DNA from: Candidatus Cybelea sp.
Lineage (GTDB): Bacteria > Vulcanimicrobiota > Vulcanimicrobiia > Vulcanimicrobiales > Vulcanimicrobiaceae
Direction: 5' to 3'
DNA: 64,000 bases
NCBI GenBank assembly: GCA_035656195.1
Contig: DASRSZ010000051.1
Span: 4,361-68,360 of the forward strand
The position numbers and the translations under genes were made by a program. The notes beneath the pieces are model-generated. The model did not search any database. It worked only from the letters and a program-made list of their open reading frames with translations, and was not told the origin of the DNA. This document shows, in pieces, positions 9,552-19,863 of this stretch (the stretch's first letter is position 1; each line of letters begins with the position of its first letter).

Positions 9552-10719
9552 GCTGACCGTAGTTTTTCTTGCGCTCGCGCTAACCGCGGCCATCGTTGCT
9601 TGCACCAATCTCGGTAATACGACCGGGATTAACGTCGGGCCGAACTTTCCCTCGAAGACACTCTACGCAACGAACAGCAACCAAAACGCCATCAGCATCT
9701 ACAGCAACGGCGGGAAGAGTGGGAGCGGCCCGGCTTTTCAGATCGGCGGCTCCAACACGACGCTCAACGGGCCTCAATATGTCGCCTTCGATCGCAGATC
9801 GAACCTCTGGGTAACCAACTACAATCCGAGCACGAACAAGGCGACGCTGATCGAGTTCGAGGCGTTGGCAACCGGCAACGTGCTGCCGCTGTTGTCGGTC
9901 GGCCTGGCGGGGCGTCCACGAGGCATCGCGTTCACGCCAAAGCTCAGGACGAGCCCGGCCCCGCAAGCCTCCGGTACTGAAACTCCGAGTCCGGGGCCGC
10001 CGAACATCATGGCGGTTGCTACCGTGATCACGAACATCACGCTTCCTGACCGGATCCTGCTGTTTCTTGCCGGCTCGTCGTCCCCGTATCAATCGATCGG
10101 CGGCCGGAAGCCGCACTTGAAGCTGCCGAGCGGCGTCGTTATCGATCAGCTCGGGCACCTCTACGTCACCAATATTCAGGGAGCGTCGGTCGAGGCGTTC
10201 ATCCTTCCGACGCCTTCGCCGACGCCGAAGCCCACGCCGACCGTGTCGCCGACTCCCACACCGACGCCGACTCCAACGCCAACCGGATCGCCCAGCCCGA
10301 CACCGACACCTTCGCCGACGCCGACGCCGATCAACATCTTTCCGATCGCAACGCTCGGTCCGCACAACGGTATCATTACACCGGTGGGCATCGCGCTCGA
10401 TCAAAGTGGGGACATCTATATCGCCGACCAGGGAGTTCCGAACGCTGGCTGCGGCTCGCGCAGGGGGCCCGCGATCCTCGTTTTCGCACCGTTCAGCGCG
10501 AAGAAAAGCCAACCGATTCGTAGGATTCAAGGATGCAATACGCAGCTCAATGCTCCGACCGACGTGAAAGTCGATGCGATCGGATTGACGTACGTTGCCG
10601 ACTCGACCAAGACGGGAAGCGGCGTCATTTATATCTTCCAGCCGGGCGCTAACGGCAACGTGACCCCGACCAACTACACTTCACCTGGCGCTGTAACCGG
10701 GCTGGGAATCGTGCCGTAG
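9535..10719 (+). CDS. Beta-propeller (NHL-like 'GNVxP' repeat) lipoprotein with an internal Pro/Thr-rich linker
   Basis: Signal peptide with lipobox 'AIVAC'. Repeated 'LYATN/LWVTN/LYVTN/IYIAD/TYVAD' blade motifs and 'GANGNVTP', matching the repeat type of 42078..43103. Confidence 0.65.
   Translation: MLLPPRLTVVFLALALTAAIVACTNLGNTTGINVGPNFPSKTLYATNSNQNAISIYSNGGKSGSGPAFQIGGSNTTLNGPQYVAFDRRSNLWVTNYNPSTNKATLIEFEALATGNVLPLLSVGLAGRPRGIAFTPKLRTSPAPQASGTETPSPGPPNIMAVATVITNITLPDRILLFLAGSSSPYQSIGGRKPHLKLPSGVVIDQLGHLYVTNIQGASVEAFILPTPSPTPKPTPTVSPTPTPTPTPTPTGSPSPTPTPSPTPTPINIFPIATLGPHNGIITPVGIALDQSGDIYIADQGVPNAGCGSRRGPAILVFAPFSAKKSQPIRRIQGCNTQLNAPTDVKVDAIGLTYVADSTKTGSGVIYIFQPGANGNVTPTNYTSPGAVTGLGIVP
10207..10329 (+). 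repeat. Coding low-complexity (PT/PS)n tract
   Basis: Encodes '[41 protein letters not shown]' inside the 9535..10719 ORF. Confidence 0.9.
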
Positions 10720-10729
10720 TACGAGTCGT

Positions 10730-13369
10730 ATGGCGTTTCTCAAGACCATCATTGACGGCAACGAGCGGGAAGTCGCACGCCTGCGGCGCACCGCCCGGGC
10801 CGTCAACGCGTTGGAAGCGCAGATGGAGGCGCTCTCCGATGCGGATCTCCAAGCCAAGACGGCGGAGTTCAAGAACCGGCTAGAACAGGGCGAATCACTC
10901 GACGCGATGTTGCCGGAGACTTTCGCGGTTGCGCGCGAGGCCGGCAAACGCACCGTCGGGATGCGCGACTTCGACGTGCAGATCATGGGCGGCCAGGTGC
11001 TCTACGAAGGGCGCATCGCCGAGATGAAGACCGGCGAAGGCAAGACGCTCGTCGCAACGCTGCCGGTTTATGCGCGCGCGCTCGAAGGCCGCGGTGTGCA
11101 CCTCGTGACGGTCAACGACTATTTGGCGCGGCGCGACGCAGAGTGGATGGGGCCGATCTATCAGTTCCTGGGTTTGAGCGTCGGCGTGATCCAGCACGGG
11201 CTCGATTCGGCGCAGCGCCGTGCCGCCTACAACTGCGACGTCACCTACGTTACCAACAACGAAGTCGGCTTTGATTACCTGCGTGACAATATGGCATGGC
11301 AGGTCGAAGATTTAGTGCAGCGTGAGCTCTACTTCGCGCTCGTCGACGAGGTCGACTCGATTCTGATCGACGAGGCGCGCACGCCGCTGATCATCAGCGG
11401 GCCATCGCAAGAGTCGGGCGAGCTTTACGACAAGTTCGCGCAGATCATTCCGCGCTTGAAGAAGGGCGAGGATTACACGGTCGACGAGAAAGCGCACGCC
11501 GTTCCGATCACCGAAGCCGGCGTCGCGAAGGTCGAGAAGATGCTCGGGATTCAGAATCTTTACGAGCAGCGCAACATCGAGCTGACGCACCAGCTCAACG
11601 CCGCGCTCAAAGCGTGGAATCTCTTCCACCGCGACCAGCAGTACATCGTCAAAGAAGGTGAGGTGATCATCGTCGATGAGTTCACCGGACGGTTGATGTA
11701 CGGCAGGCGGTACTCCGACGGCATTCACCAGGCGATCGAGGCGAAGGAAGGCATCAAGGTTCGCGGCGAGGATCAGACGCTCGCGACGATTACCTTCCAA
11801 AATTTATTCCGGTTGTACGAGCATCTTGCCGGGATGACGGGCACCGCGAAAACCGAGGAGCGCGAGTTCCGCGACATCTACGGATTAGACGTCGTCGTCG
11901 TGCCGACGAACATGCCGATGATCCGCAAAGACAACTCCGACATCGTCTATAAGTCGGAGAAAGCCAAGTTCGATCAGGTGGTTAGCGAGATCATCGAGGA
12001 GCACCAGAAGGGCCGGCCGGTGCTGGTCGGTACGCGCTCCATCGAAAAGAGCGAGCTGCTCGCGGCGATGCTGCGACGCAAAGGCGTCGAGTGCAATGTC
12101 TTAAACGCCAAGTATCACGAGCAAGAGGCGGAGATCGTCAAAGACGCCGGTCAAGAAGCTCAGGTAACGATCGCGACCAACATGGCCGGCCGCGGCACCG
12201 ACATCAAGCTCGGCGAGGGCGTCGCGCGCAACGGCGGTCTGCACATCATCGGCACGGAGCGGCATGAATCGCGTCGCATCGACAACCAGCTGCGCGGACG
12301 CTCGGGGCGCCAAGGCGACCCGGGCTCGTCGCGATTCTATGTTTCGCTGGAAGACGAAGTGATGCGTTTGTTCGGCGGCGAGCGAATGCAGAACATCATG
12401 GAGCGCGTCGGCTTTACCGACGAGCAGCCGATCGAGTCGGGATTGGTGACGAAATCGATCGAGCGCGCGCAGAAGAAGGTTGAGAATCACAACTACGAGA
12501 TTCGCAAGCACGTCCTCGAGTACGACGACGTGATGAACAAGCAGCGCACGATCATCTACGCGGATCGGCGCGCGATCTTGGAAGGAAAGTTCGACTCTCA
12601 GACATTTATGCAGCAGACGCTGGAGGCGAAAGTCGACGAGGCCGTCGAGGAGAATGCGCCGGAGAACGTCCACCCGCAAGAGTGGGACCTCGTGGAGATG
12701 CTCAACGCGCTGGAGCTGGTCTTTCCGGTTAAGAAGGACGTTTCGGTTGAGGACATCGCCGGCAGGGATCGCGAGGAAATTCGGCGCTTGTTACGCGAGC
12801 GCGCGCGCAAGGCGTACGAGGCGAAGGAAGCCGAGGTAACGCCGGAGATTCTGCGCGTCGTCGAGCAGCGATATCTGTTGTTGCCGATCATCGACCGACA
12901 ATGGGTCGACCACTTGTACGTGATGGATCACCTCAAGACCGGCATTGGCTTGCGTGGTTACGGCCAAAAAGATCCGCGCGTCGAGTATGAAAAAGAAGCT
13001 TTCGAAATCTTCGAGTCGCTAAAGAACAACATTGCGGACGAGGCGATCAAGGGCGTATTCCGCGTTGTGATCGAGCATGGGCCGCCGCAGGCGCAGATGA
13101 TGCCTGGCGCGCCGCAGTTCGAGCCGATCCCGTCGGGGGAGCTCATTCCGCAGCCTGTTGCCGCGGGAGCTCTACCACCACAACAGGTTGAACAACTCCT
13201 CGGCCCGATGCCGGGCACCGGTCGCCGCTCGCAACAGTTCCACACCAACAAAGATGACGAATCGCCTGCCAAACCCATGCACCGCGAGCAGCCGAAAGTC
13301 GGCCGCAACGAATTATGCCCCTGTGGCAGCGGCCGCAAATACAAAAAATGCCACGGCGCCGCCGCCTAA
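10730..13369 (+). CDS. secA: Preprotein translocase ATPase SecA
   Basis: '[14 protein letters not shown]' Walker A, '[19 protein letters not shown]' DEAD motor, and the C-terminal zinc motif '[14 protein letters not shown]'. Length 879 aa. Confidence 0.97.
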   Translation: MAFLKTIIDGNEREVARLRRTARAVNALEAQMEALSDADLQAKTAEFKNRLEQGESLDAMLPETFAVAREAGKRTVGMRDFDVQIMGGQVLYEGRIAEMKTGEGKTLVATLPVYARALEGRGVHLVTVNDYLARRDAEWMGPIYQFLGLSVGVIQHGLDSAQRRAAYNCDVTYVTNNEVGFDYLRDNMAWQVEDLVQRELYFALVDEVDSILIDEARTPLIISGPSQESGELYDKFAQIIPRLKKGEDYTVDEKAHAVPITEAGVAKVEKMLGIQNLYEQRNIELTHQLNAALKAWNLFHRDQQYIVKEGEVIIVDEFTGRLMYGRRYSDGIHQAIEAKEGIKVRGEDQTLATITFQNLFRLYEHLAGMTGTAKTEEREFRDIYGLDVVVVPTNMPMIRKDNSDIVYKSEKAKFDQVVSEIIEEHQKGRPVLVGTRSIEKSELLAAMLRRKGVECNVLNAKYHEQEAEIVKDAGQEAQVTIATNMAGRGTDIKLGEGVARNGGLHIIGTERHESRRIDNQLRGRSGRQGDPGSSRFYVSLEDEVMRLFGGERMQNIMERVGFTDEQPIESGLVTKSIERAQKKVENHNYEIRKHVLEYDDVMNKQRTIIYADRRAILEGKFDSQTFMQQTLEAKVDEAVEENAPENVHPQEWDLVEMLNALELVFPVKKDVSVEDIAGRDREEIRRLLRERARKAYEAKEAEVTPEILRVVEQRYLLLPIIDRQWVDHLYVMDHLKTGIGLRGYGQKDPRVEYEKEAFEIFESLKNNIADEAIKGVFRVVIEHGPPQAQMMPGAPQFEPIPSGELIPQPVAAGALPPQQVEQLLGPMPGTGRRSQQFHTNKDDESPAKPMHREQPKVGRNELCPCGSGRKYKKCHGAAA

Positions 13370-13438
13370 AGGGCATAGGGTTAACGGCCTAATTCGGTGC
13401 CCCCTAGCTACATCGCGGCCGGCCGTGGCGCGAGGCAA

Positions 13439-13466
13439 AAAAGCCGATAAATAAAGGCTTTTTTCC
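13439..13466 (+). terminator. Weak intrinsic-terminator-like hairpin downstream of secA
   Basis: 'aaaagcc' (13439-45) pairs with 'ggctttt' (13456-62) and a T-run follows. The stem is AT-rich, so support is modest. Confidence 0.35.
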
Positions 13467-13644
13467 AAATTCTCGCGATCGCGCCGGCGCGGCGCAGCGT
13501 CTCGTGCAAACTTTGCAGCGCCGTTTGCAAAAACCGCCATGCATCGAAAACGTCATATGACATATGGGTTTTTGGCATCTAGGGGCGATGCATTAGCCAG
13601 CCGGATGCATTGGGAAACCTAGCTAGTCCGGGTGCGTCTTTACC

Positions 13645-13890
13645 TTAGTGCGTGTAATCCCGCGCCCACGTGAATCCGTAAAACGCATCGATCAAATAGA
13701 GGAGCTCGTTCACTGTTACCAGTGTGTCACCGAGTCTCTTTTCTGATATGTCTGCTTTCCCAAGGTGAACAAGCTTATTGCGCAGCGTTACACCGACTTT
13801 AAGAGCGGCGAGGAGATTTGCCGGAATTGCCTCCTTCGTCAATTGAGGGACGAACTCGGAAGCTATTTTTTCAATCGGTGGTGACGGCAT
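13645..13890 (-). CDS. Hypothetical 81-aa protein carrying a HEPN-type R-x4-H motif
   Basis: An ORF in a visibly lower-GC islet. 'RNKLVH' (13765-13782) matches the HEPN RNase consensus R[NHD]xxxH. The composition looks protein-like rather than Arg/Ala-rich shadow sequence. Confidence 0.45.
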   Translation of the reverse strand: MPSPPIEKIASEFVPQLTKEAIPANLLAALKVGVTLRNKLVHLGKADISEKRLGDTLVTVNELLYLIDAFYGFTWARDYTH

Positions 13891-14085
13891 ATTCTCGAGC
13901 AGCCATTCCGCGTCGGGGGGACCTTCTTCGCTGCAAAACTCTTAAGTCTCCGTGCCGCTGGTAGTGATGCTAAAAACGGTCCCGCAACCGACGTAGTGTA
14001 CGAGAAAGAACGGTCCGCCGGGCGGTCCCGAAATGTCTAGAAACTTCGTGGCGTCGCCTCTCGCCGGCTGATAGGCTCGATGCAT
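13645..14085 (-). pseudogene. Possible HEPN-like gene interrupted by an in-frame TAA (146 codons if read through)
   Basis: I translated the minus strand by hand. From ATG 14085 come 47 sense codons, then TAA (13942-13944), then 17 sense codons, then the ATG of the 81-aa ORF. All are in one frame. Confidence 0.35.
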
Positions 14086-14118
14086 AGCCCGCACACTTCT
14101 CTATAAAAGGGACATGAA

Positions 14119-15117
14119 ATGCAGAATCGAGCTTTCGCCCTCCGCGCCGGAACCTGGCTGGCCCTGGCCTCGCTCGTCACCGTGCTCACGGGTTGCAGCG
14201 GCGCGACCTCAGCGCTCCCGACGGCCGGATCCTGGGAACCTTCAGTCCAAACGGATGTCCATCACCAGAAGCAGCTGCTCTTTGTGAGCGACAACCAAAA
14301 CAATCGCGTTCTCGTGTACAACGCCGCAACCACTCAACAACACCCTCCGCCGATCCGCACGATTAGCAACGGCGTGCATGGACCCTTCGGCTTGGCCACG
14401 GATAAGTCGGGGAATCTCTATATCGCAAACTCCGGCTCGAACACCGTTACCGTCTATGCCCCCGGCGCCAGCAAGCCCAAGATGACGATTTTCACCGGTC
14501 TGGCCGGTCCCTTCGACGTCAAGGTTGACGGGTTCGGAAACATCTACGTCGCGAACGATCCACCCCAAAGCTTGACGGCCTTCATCCAGCTGTACCCCGC
14601 GGGTTCGTCGTCGCCGAGCTACACGTGGTCGGCCCCATCGCCCGGCATGGTCATCTCCGGGCTGGCGTTGCTCAACTCGACGCAGCAAGGTCAGACCGCG
14701 ATCTACGCGCCCGAATACACGGTAAACGGAAGTGGCTTCGCGACTGGTAATACGCTGTCGTGCTATCCGGGTAACCCGACCTGCGGAACGCTCGGATATA
14801 GCTTTGGCCAAACCGGCGGCGCCGCCATCGCGCAATCGCCGGGTGGAAGTAAGCCGTTCCAGTGGATTGCCGTAGACCAGTACGTTCCCGGCGTGGACAT
14901 CTTCACGCAGGGTCAATTAACCGGGCAAATCGTAACCGGTGGAACTCCCGAATTCGTCACACTGAACTCGACCGGCAACAAGCTCTATGTTGCCAACCGC
15001 TTCTTCAATGATGTTGTCGAGTACAGCTACCCCAGCGGCTCGCAATTGAATACGTTCCCAGCGGGCGGCGGTCAGGTCTACGGCGTCGCCACCTTCCCGG
15101 CCGGGACATTTCACTAG
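14119..15117 (+). CDS. Beta-propeller (NHL-like) lipoprotein
   Basis: Lipobox 'VLTGCSG'. Repeated 'LLFVSDNQNNRVLVYNA', 'LYIANSGSNTVTVYAPG', 'IYVANDP' and 'LYVANRFFNDVVEYSYP' blades. Confidence 0.65.
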   Translation: MQNRAFALRAGTWLALASLVTVLTGCSGATSALPTAGSWEPSVQTDVHHQKQLLFVSDNQNNRVLVYNAATTQQHPPPIRTISNGVHGPFGLATDKSGNLYIANSGSNTVTVYAPGASKPKMTIFTGLAGPFDVKVDGFGNIYVANDPPQSLTAFIQLYPAGSSSPSYTWSAPSPGMVISGLALLNSTQQGQTAIYAPEYTVNGSGFATGNTLSCYPGNPTCGTLGYSFGQTGGAAIAQSPGGSKPFQWIAVDQYVPGVDIFTQGQLTGQIVTGGTPEFVTLNSTGNKLYVANRFFNDVVEYSYPSGSQLNTFPAGGGQVYGVATFPAGTFH

Positions 15118-15153
15118 CCGGCGCAACGCTGTTTGCTCTCGGCCGTCGGCTCA

Positions 15154-17910
15154 TCATACGGTAAGCGCTTCGGCGACGGCTTGATCTTCTGAAAGCTGCG
15201 CGCCCTCGGCGGCGAGCGCCTCGATCTCGGTGTCGGTGAGTTTCTCGCGCAGTGCCGTCATCAGGATTTCGTACGAGCGCGCGTCGGCGGGACCGCGCTC
15301 GTTACCTTCGCGGGTGTTCGCGGCATCGACGTATCCGCCCAGCCGCGCGCCGCGGCGAGGATCGCCGCCCAGCGCCGCAACGGTTGCAAGATGCTGAATC
15401 GCACTCGTAGTAGCAAGCCAGTCTGCTCCGCGTGCGAGCCGGAGCGTTTCGCGGGCGTCGATGCGCGCTCCGGCGATATCACCAAGCGCGATTTTGTACG
15501 CCGCGGAATTGCTCCACGCGGTCAGACGGACAGGGCCGCGCCCAGTCGCGGTCTTAATCGCCGACACGAGCTCGAGCGCCCGCGCCGTGTTCCCGATTCT
15601 ATATTCGATCTCGGCCATGTTGACATGAAATGCCCGCGCAATGCTTTCGTCGCCAAGCGCGGTCGCAAGCGCGAGTCCCTCGCCGTACAATTGCAGCGCC
15701 TCGTCGAAGCCGCCGCGAAAGTACGCTATCGTTCCAACGGCCATCAGCGCGTCTACACGAATAGACCTCTGAGCCGGACCCTTCTCGTTCGCAAGTTGCA
15801 ACGCCTGATCGCTTACCACTTGTGCGTCCTCAAGGCGCCCTCCTAGCGCGAGCCAAATAGCCAGGACTGACAGATTCCGCACCGTTAAGGCTGGGTCGTT
15901 GCAGCGCTCGCTGAGCTCGACGGCACGTTGGGCCGCCTCGATCTTGCGTGACCCAAACGTTACCAACGATAGCTCGCTCCACGCACGTGCCGCAAGTTCG
16001 GGCTGTGCGTCGGCGTCGAGCCTGCGGACCACTGCATCAAGCCAGCCTCGTAGTTCAGTGTTTATGCCGAGATGTAAAGAAATTTTCGAAAAGGCCGTCG
16101 CTACTGCTGCCGCGAGGATTACCTCATCGTGTGAAAGCGCCCAGTCAATCGCCGAGCGCGCATTTTCAAATTCGGGCACGTACTGCGCGAGCCATTGTGT
16201 CCACGGCTGCGTCTGCGACGTCTCCCTCGCGCGCTCGGCCAGATCGGCGGCCCACTGCGCGTGCCGACGGGCCAGCGCCTCACGCTCTCCGCTCTGCTCG
16301 AGTTTCTCGAGCGCAAAGGCGCGCGTCGATTCGAGCAACCGATAGCGCAGGATCTCCTCCGCTCCCGCAACAACGAGCGATTTCTCGACCAGCGACGAGA
16401 TCAGATCGATGATATCGAGCGCATCGAGCGTCTCGTCGTTGACGACGGCTTCGGCCGCTTCAAGCGTCCAGCCGCCGACGAAGATCGATACGTGCCTGAA
16501 GACCTTCTGCTCGTGTTCGGAAAGCAGATCGTAGCTCCAGTCGATCAGCGCGCGCATCGTCTGCTGGCGCGGGAGAGCCGTTCGGCTGCCGCCGGTCAGC
16601 ACCCGAAGGCGCTCGTCGAGCTTCTGGGCCAGCTGGCGAGGTGGAAGCACCTTCACCCGCGCTGCCGAAAGTTCGATCGCCAGCGCGATGCCGTCGAGTC
16701 GCCGGCAGATCTCGGCTACAATCGGCGCGCTCTCGTCGGTCAGCTTGAACTTCGTATCCGCGGCCGTTGCACGCTGAACAAACAAGGCGATCGCACCATA
16801 TGCGATCGCTTGATCGGCGGTGAACGAGTCGCCGGCCGGCGGCACGGCGAGCGACGGCATCCGATAAACGTGCTCGCCCTGAATCCGTAACGGCTCTCGA
16901 CTCGTTGCGAGCAGGCGCACGTGCGGCGCGGCGCGCAGAATCGCGTCAGCGACGTGCGCCACCGCCTCGATGAGATGTTCGCAGTTATCCAAGATCAGCA
17001 GCAGATGGCGCGGCCGCAGATATTGCAGCAGCACCTCGAGCATCGGACGCTCACCCTGCTCGTGTAGTCCAAAGGTCGACGCGGCCGTATTGACGACTAA
17101 GGCCTGATCGCTCAACGGTGCCAGGTCGATGAACCACGCACCTTCACCGGAGCCGTCGAGCAGGTCAGCTCCGACTTGCAGCGCCACACGCGTCTTGCCG
17201 ACACCGCCGGTCCCGACCAGCGAAACCAGCGGATGCTCCAGAACGAGCGGTTCGATCTCTGCAAGCACATCCTCGCGTCCCACCAGCGGCGTGAGTTGGC
17301 GCGGCAGGTTGTTCGGTAGCGACTCCAGCGACCGCAGCGGCGGAAAGGTCTCGACCAAACCCGGCGCGGCCAGTTGCCAGACGTGCTCCGGCTCGGCGAG
17401 GTCTTTGAGCCGGTGCTCGCCGAGATCGCGCAGCTCCATCTGCTCCGGCATGGCGCCGTGCAGAAGCTGCGCGGTCACGCCAGAAATCACAACTTGACCA
17501 CCGTGCGCCACCGCGAGCAATCGCGCGACGCGGTTCACAGCCGGGCCGAAGTAATCGACGTCACGCTCGTCAGTCGTGCCGCTGTGCAGCGCCATGCGCA
17601 CGGCCAGTCCGCCGACCGCACTCCAATCTTCAGCTGCAAGCGCCCGTTGCGCATCAGTAGCTGCTGCTAGCGCATCCGGCGCCCGCCAGAAGGCCGCGCA
17701 GAATGCATCACCTACCGTCTTGAAGACGTGGCCGCCATGAGCTTCGATGGCGTTGCGGATTAACTCGTCATGGCGGCGCAGCACCGTCGGCATTGCTGCA
17801 CGCTGCGTTTCCCAATGCTGAGTGCTGCCTTCGATATCCGAAAACAGAAACGTGACGGTACCAGTAGGGCGAGCCGAGGGCGCCGGCCCCGGCTCCGCCT
17901 GCGTCGCCAT
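15154..17910 (-). CDS. Class III adenylate/guanylate cyclase domain fused to a STAND (AAA/NB-ARC-like) ATPase and TPR array
   Basis: N-terminal 'TVTFLFSDIEGST...FKTVGDAFCAAF' cyclase motifs, the P-loop 'GTGGVGKTRVALQV', then ~450 aa of helical repeats. I saw no C-terminal LuxR HTH. Confidence 0.8.
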   Translation of the reverse strand: MATQAEPGPAPSARPTGTVTFLFSDIEGSTQHWETQRAAMPTVLRRHDELIRNAIEAHGGHVFKTVGDAFCAAFWRAPDALAAATDAQRALAAEDWSAVGGLAVRMALHSGTTDERDVDYFGPAVNRVARLLAVAHGGQVVISGVTAQLLHGAMPEQMELRDLGEHRLKDLAEPEHVWQLAAPGLVETFPPLRSLESLPNNLPRQLTPLVGREDVLAEIEPLVLEHPLVSLVGTGGVGKTRVALQVGADLLDGSGEGAWFIDLAPLSDQALVVNTAASTFGLHEQGERPMLEVLLQYLRPRHLLLILDNCEHLIEAVAHVADAILRAAPHVRLLATSREPLRIQGEHVYRMPSLAVPPAGDSFTADQAIAYGAIALFVQRATAADTKFKLTDESAPIVAEICRRLDGIALAIELSAARVKVLPPRQLAQKLDERLRVLTGGSRTALPRQQTMRALIDWSYDLLSEHEQKVFRHVSIFVGGWTLEAAEAVVNDETLDALDIIDLISSLVEKSLVVAGAEEILRYRLLESTRAFALEKLEQSGEREALARRHAQWAADLAERARETSQTQPWTQWLAQYVPEFENARSAIDWALSHDEVILAAAVATAFSKISLHLGINTELRGWLDAVVRRLDADAQPELAARAWSELSLVTFGSRKIEAAQRAVELSERCNDPALTVRNLSVLAIWLALGGRLEDAQVVSDQALQLANEKGPAQRSIRVDALMAVGTIAYFRGGFDEALQLYGEGLALATALGDESIARAFHVNMAEIEYRIGNTARALELVSAIKTATGRGPVRLTAWSNSAAYKIALGDIAGARIDARETLRLARGADWLATTSAIQHLATVAALGGDPRRGARLGGYVDAANTREGNERGPADARSYEILMTALREKLTDTEIEALAAEGAQLSEDQAVAEALTV

Positions 17911-17925
17911 GGACTGGGCTTCGTG

Positions 17926-18678
17926 CTAACGACGCGTCACCCCGCCGAGCACATCACCCACAACCCAGGCGGCCCCTGCAATCAGGAAAGTCAAGGCGAA
18001 CTCGGACCAGCTCAGATGCGCTTCTGGGTGAGCGATCAGAAGCGGGAGCCAAACCAGCACACCAAAGAGTGCGATCATTAGAGTCATCAGGCGTATCGCA
18101 ACCCGCGCCTGACGATTGATGAGAATGGCAATCGCCGCGAGTGCAAACGCGACCGTCGTGAGTATTGCCCAAAACATCTGATTCGGTGGAATCCACTTTG
18201 GAACCAGCTCAGCTGTCTCATGAAGATAAATTGCCTGAGCCAGCGTGAATGAAACCGCGCAGAGTCCGAGCCCAAGACGTGCCACTCGGCCGAGCGTTGC
18301 CGACCGTGCCGCATTCGCCTCAGTTGCCGCGTACACGGCAATCGCGCCGCATAGTAAGCAGAACTGCTCGAAGAAGCTGTCGTATTGCCCAAAGATGGTT
18401 GGTCTGGCGATGATCCCAGGAATGCAGGCCAGCGAGAAAAGCACATAGACGACGCCGAGAACGATCGACGCCAAACGCGCGGTGCGCGGATACACCAAGC
18501 CGATTCCACCGGCAATTTGAGCGATCATCAGAAACTGGCCGATGCTTGTGCCAAATGGCAGGGTCCAGATCCTGCGCAGCGTTTGCCACGTTTCAGCATC
18601 GTGCCACATCAGTGCGATGACGCCGAACAGCACCGCCGACGCGCCAAAGAGCATCCGCCCATACAACGCTGTTTTCAT
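17926..18678 (-). CDS. Polytopic membrane protein (DoxX-like?), probably co-transcribed with the cyclase-STAND gene
   Basis: About 7 hydrophobic segments. I prefer the start at ATG 18678 ('MKTALYGRMLF...') to the Arg-rich extension up to 18771. It lies 15 nt upstream of the next gene on the same strand. Confidence 0.55.
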   Translation of the reverse strand: MKTALYGRMLFGASAVLFGVIALMWHDAETWQTLRRIWTLPFGTSIGQFLMIAQIAGGIGLVYPRTARLASIVLGVVYVLFSLACIPGIIARPTIFGQYDSFFEQFCLLCGAIAVYAATEANAARSATLGRVARLGLGLCAVSFTLAQAIYLHETAELVPKWIPPNQMFWAILTTVAFALAAIAILINRQARVAIRLMTLMIALFGVLVWLPLLIAHPEAHLSWSEFALTFLIAGAAWVVGDVLGGVTRR

Positions 18679-18797
18679 GCAAGACGCAGCGCCCGCACGT
18701 CGGGCTCTGTGACTGCGGGTCGCCGCCCTCCGTGCGTTTTCGTACGCCGACTCCGATAGGCTAAGGGCCAATCACCGAAGCCTTTAAGGAGTTACGT

Positions 18798-19811
18798 ATG
18801 TTCGCCTCACCATACCGGCGCTGGACACCGGCGCTTGCCTTCGCCGCCGGCCTGGCCGGCTGCGCCGGGCAACAAACCGGTCCGGGCGCAACGCTCCCTC
18901 AAACCGGCGCGAGCCAGCCACTCCCTCACACCGCGAGCTCAATGCTTGCGCGATTCTCCGCGAACCCCGCGCAGTTCGGTGCTCGTCATCAAAACCACCG
19001 CGGCTCGTGGATCAAGCCCGAAGGAAGGCCGTTCCCCCTGCTCTACGTCTCCGATTCGTTCGCCCATGCGGTCGACGTTTACACGTACCCGAATCTGAAA
19101 TACGTTGGCCAACTGACCGGCTTTGGTTTTCCTATGGGAGAATGCACGGACAAAGCCGGCAATGTTTGGATTACCGATGCGAGCGGCGCCGCGTATAAGT
19201 ATGCGCACGGCGGCGCCAACCCGATCGAGACCTTACTGAACGATATGGACCACCCGAACGGCTGCGCCGTCGATCCAAGGAACGGCGATCTCGCCGTCGG
19301 AAACGGAAACGCTCAAGTTTTGGTCTTTCACACCGGCTCGAGCTCGCCGACGGTTTATACCGATTCGAATTTCTCTCAAACGATGTTTCTCAGTTACGAC
19401 AATCAGGATAACCTGTTTGTGGACGGTACCGACACCAGCAACATGTTCCACTATGCAGAGTTGCCAGCCGGTAGCCAAACGTTCTCCGACATCAACCTGA
19501 ACTATGGCACTTTTCCGATGATCCAAAGTCCAGGCGGCGTGAAGTGGGACGGCACGTATATGGCAGTCGGCGATTCACAATGGACGATCTACCAAACCCA
19601 GGGTTCGAACGTCATAAGCACGACGACGCTATCGGCGACCTGTGTGTTCACCTTCGATATCTTCCGGTCGCGGAGAGCGCCACTCGTCGCGCCGGATCAG
19701 TGCACCGGCGGCGGCGTCGTCGGCACGTACGCGTATCCCGGCGGCGGCTCCCCGATCAAGCTGATCACAAGCGGCCTGATAACCCCCTATGGAGCGGCAG
19801 TGAGCCGCTAG
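18798..19811 (+). CDS. Beta-propeller-like lipoprotein, member 1 of a three-paralogue family
   Basis: Lipobox 'GLAGCAG'. Blocks 'GECTDKAGNVWITD', 'YAHGGANPIETL.D...PNGCAVDPRNGDLAVGN' and 'GGVKWDGTYMAVGD' are shared with 30556..31491 and 31504..32412. Confidence 0.65.
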   Translation: MFASPYRRWTPALAFAAGLAGCAGQQTGPGATLPQTGASQPLPHTASSMLARFSANPAQFGARHQNHRGSWIKPEGRPFPLLYVSDSFAHAVDVYTYPNLKYVGQLTGFGFPMGECTDKAGNVWITDASGAAYKYAHGGANPIETLLNDMDHPNGCAVDPRNGDLAVGNGNAQVLVFHTGSSSPTVYTDSNFSQTMFLSYDNQDNLFVDGTDTSNMFHYAELPAGSQTFSDINLNYGTFPMIQSPGGVKWDGTYMAVGDSQWTIYQTQGSNVISTTTLSATCVFTFDIFRSRRAPLVAPDQCTGGGVVGTYAYPGGGSPIKLITSGLITPYGAAVSR

Positions 19812-19863
19812 CGGTAGCGTTAAACCCCGCCTGCGGCTTCCGATCAGGAGGCCGCCGGCGGGC

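Noticed and set aside
8509-10530. Long minus-strand ORFs 8509..9303 (264 aa) and 9580..10530 (316 aa).
   Set aside because: They are antisense to the NodB deacetylase and to the propeller lipoprotein. They are extremely Arg-rich, and the second mirrors the PT-repeat as an RRRR/GRR tract.
13891-14118. A search for an antitoxin or MNT partner gene upstream of the HEPN-motif ORF.
   Set aside because: The only reading frame there is the same-frame continuation of the HEPN-like ORF, broken by TAA. No separate ORF with a nucleotidyltransferase GSxxxD-type motif is present.
19611-19625. 'gggttcgaacgtc', resembling a tRNA T-arm (GGTTCGAA).
   Set aside because: It lies inside a well-supported lipoprotein CDS. 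No acceptor stem, anticodon arm or D-arm can be built around it. I found no tRNA elsewhere in the window.
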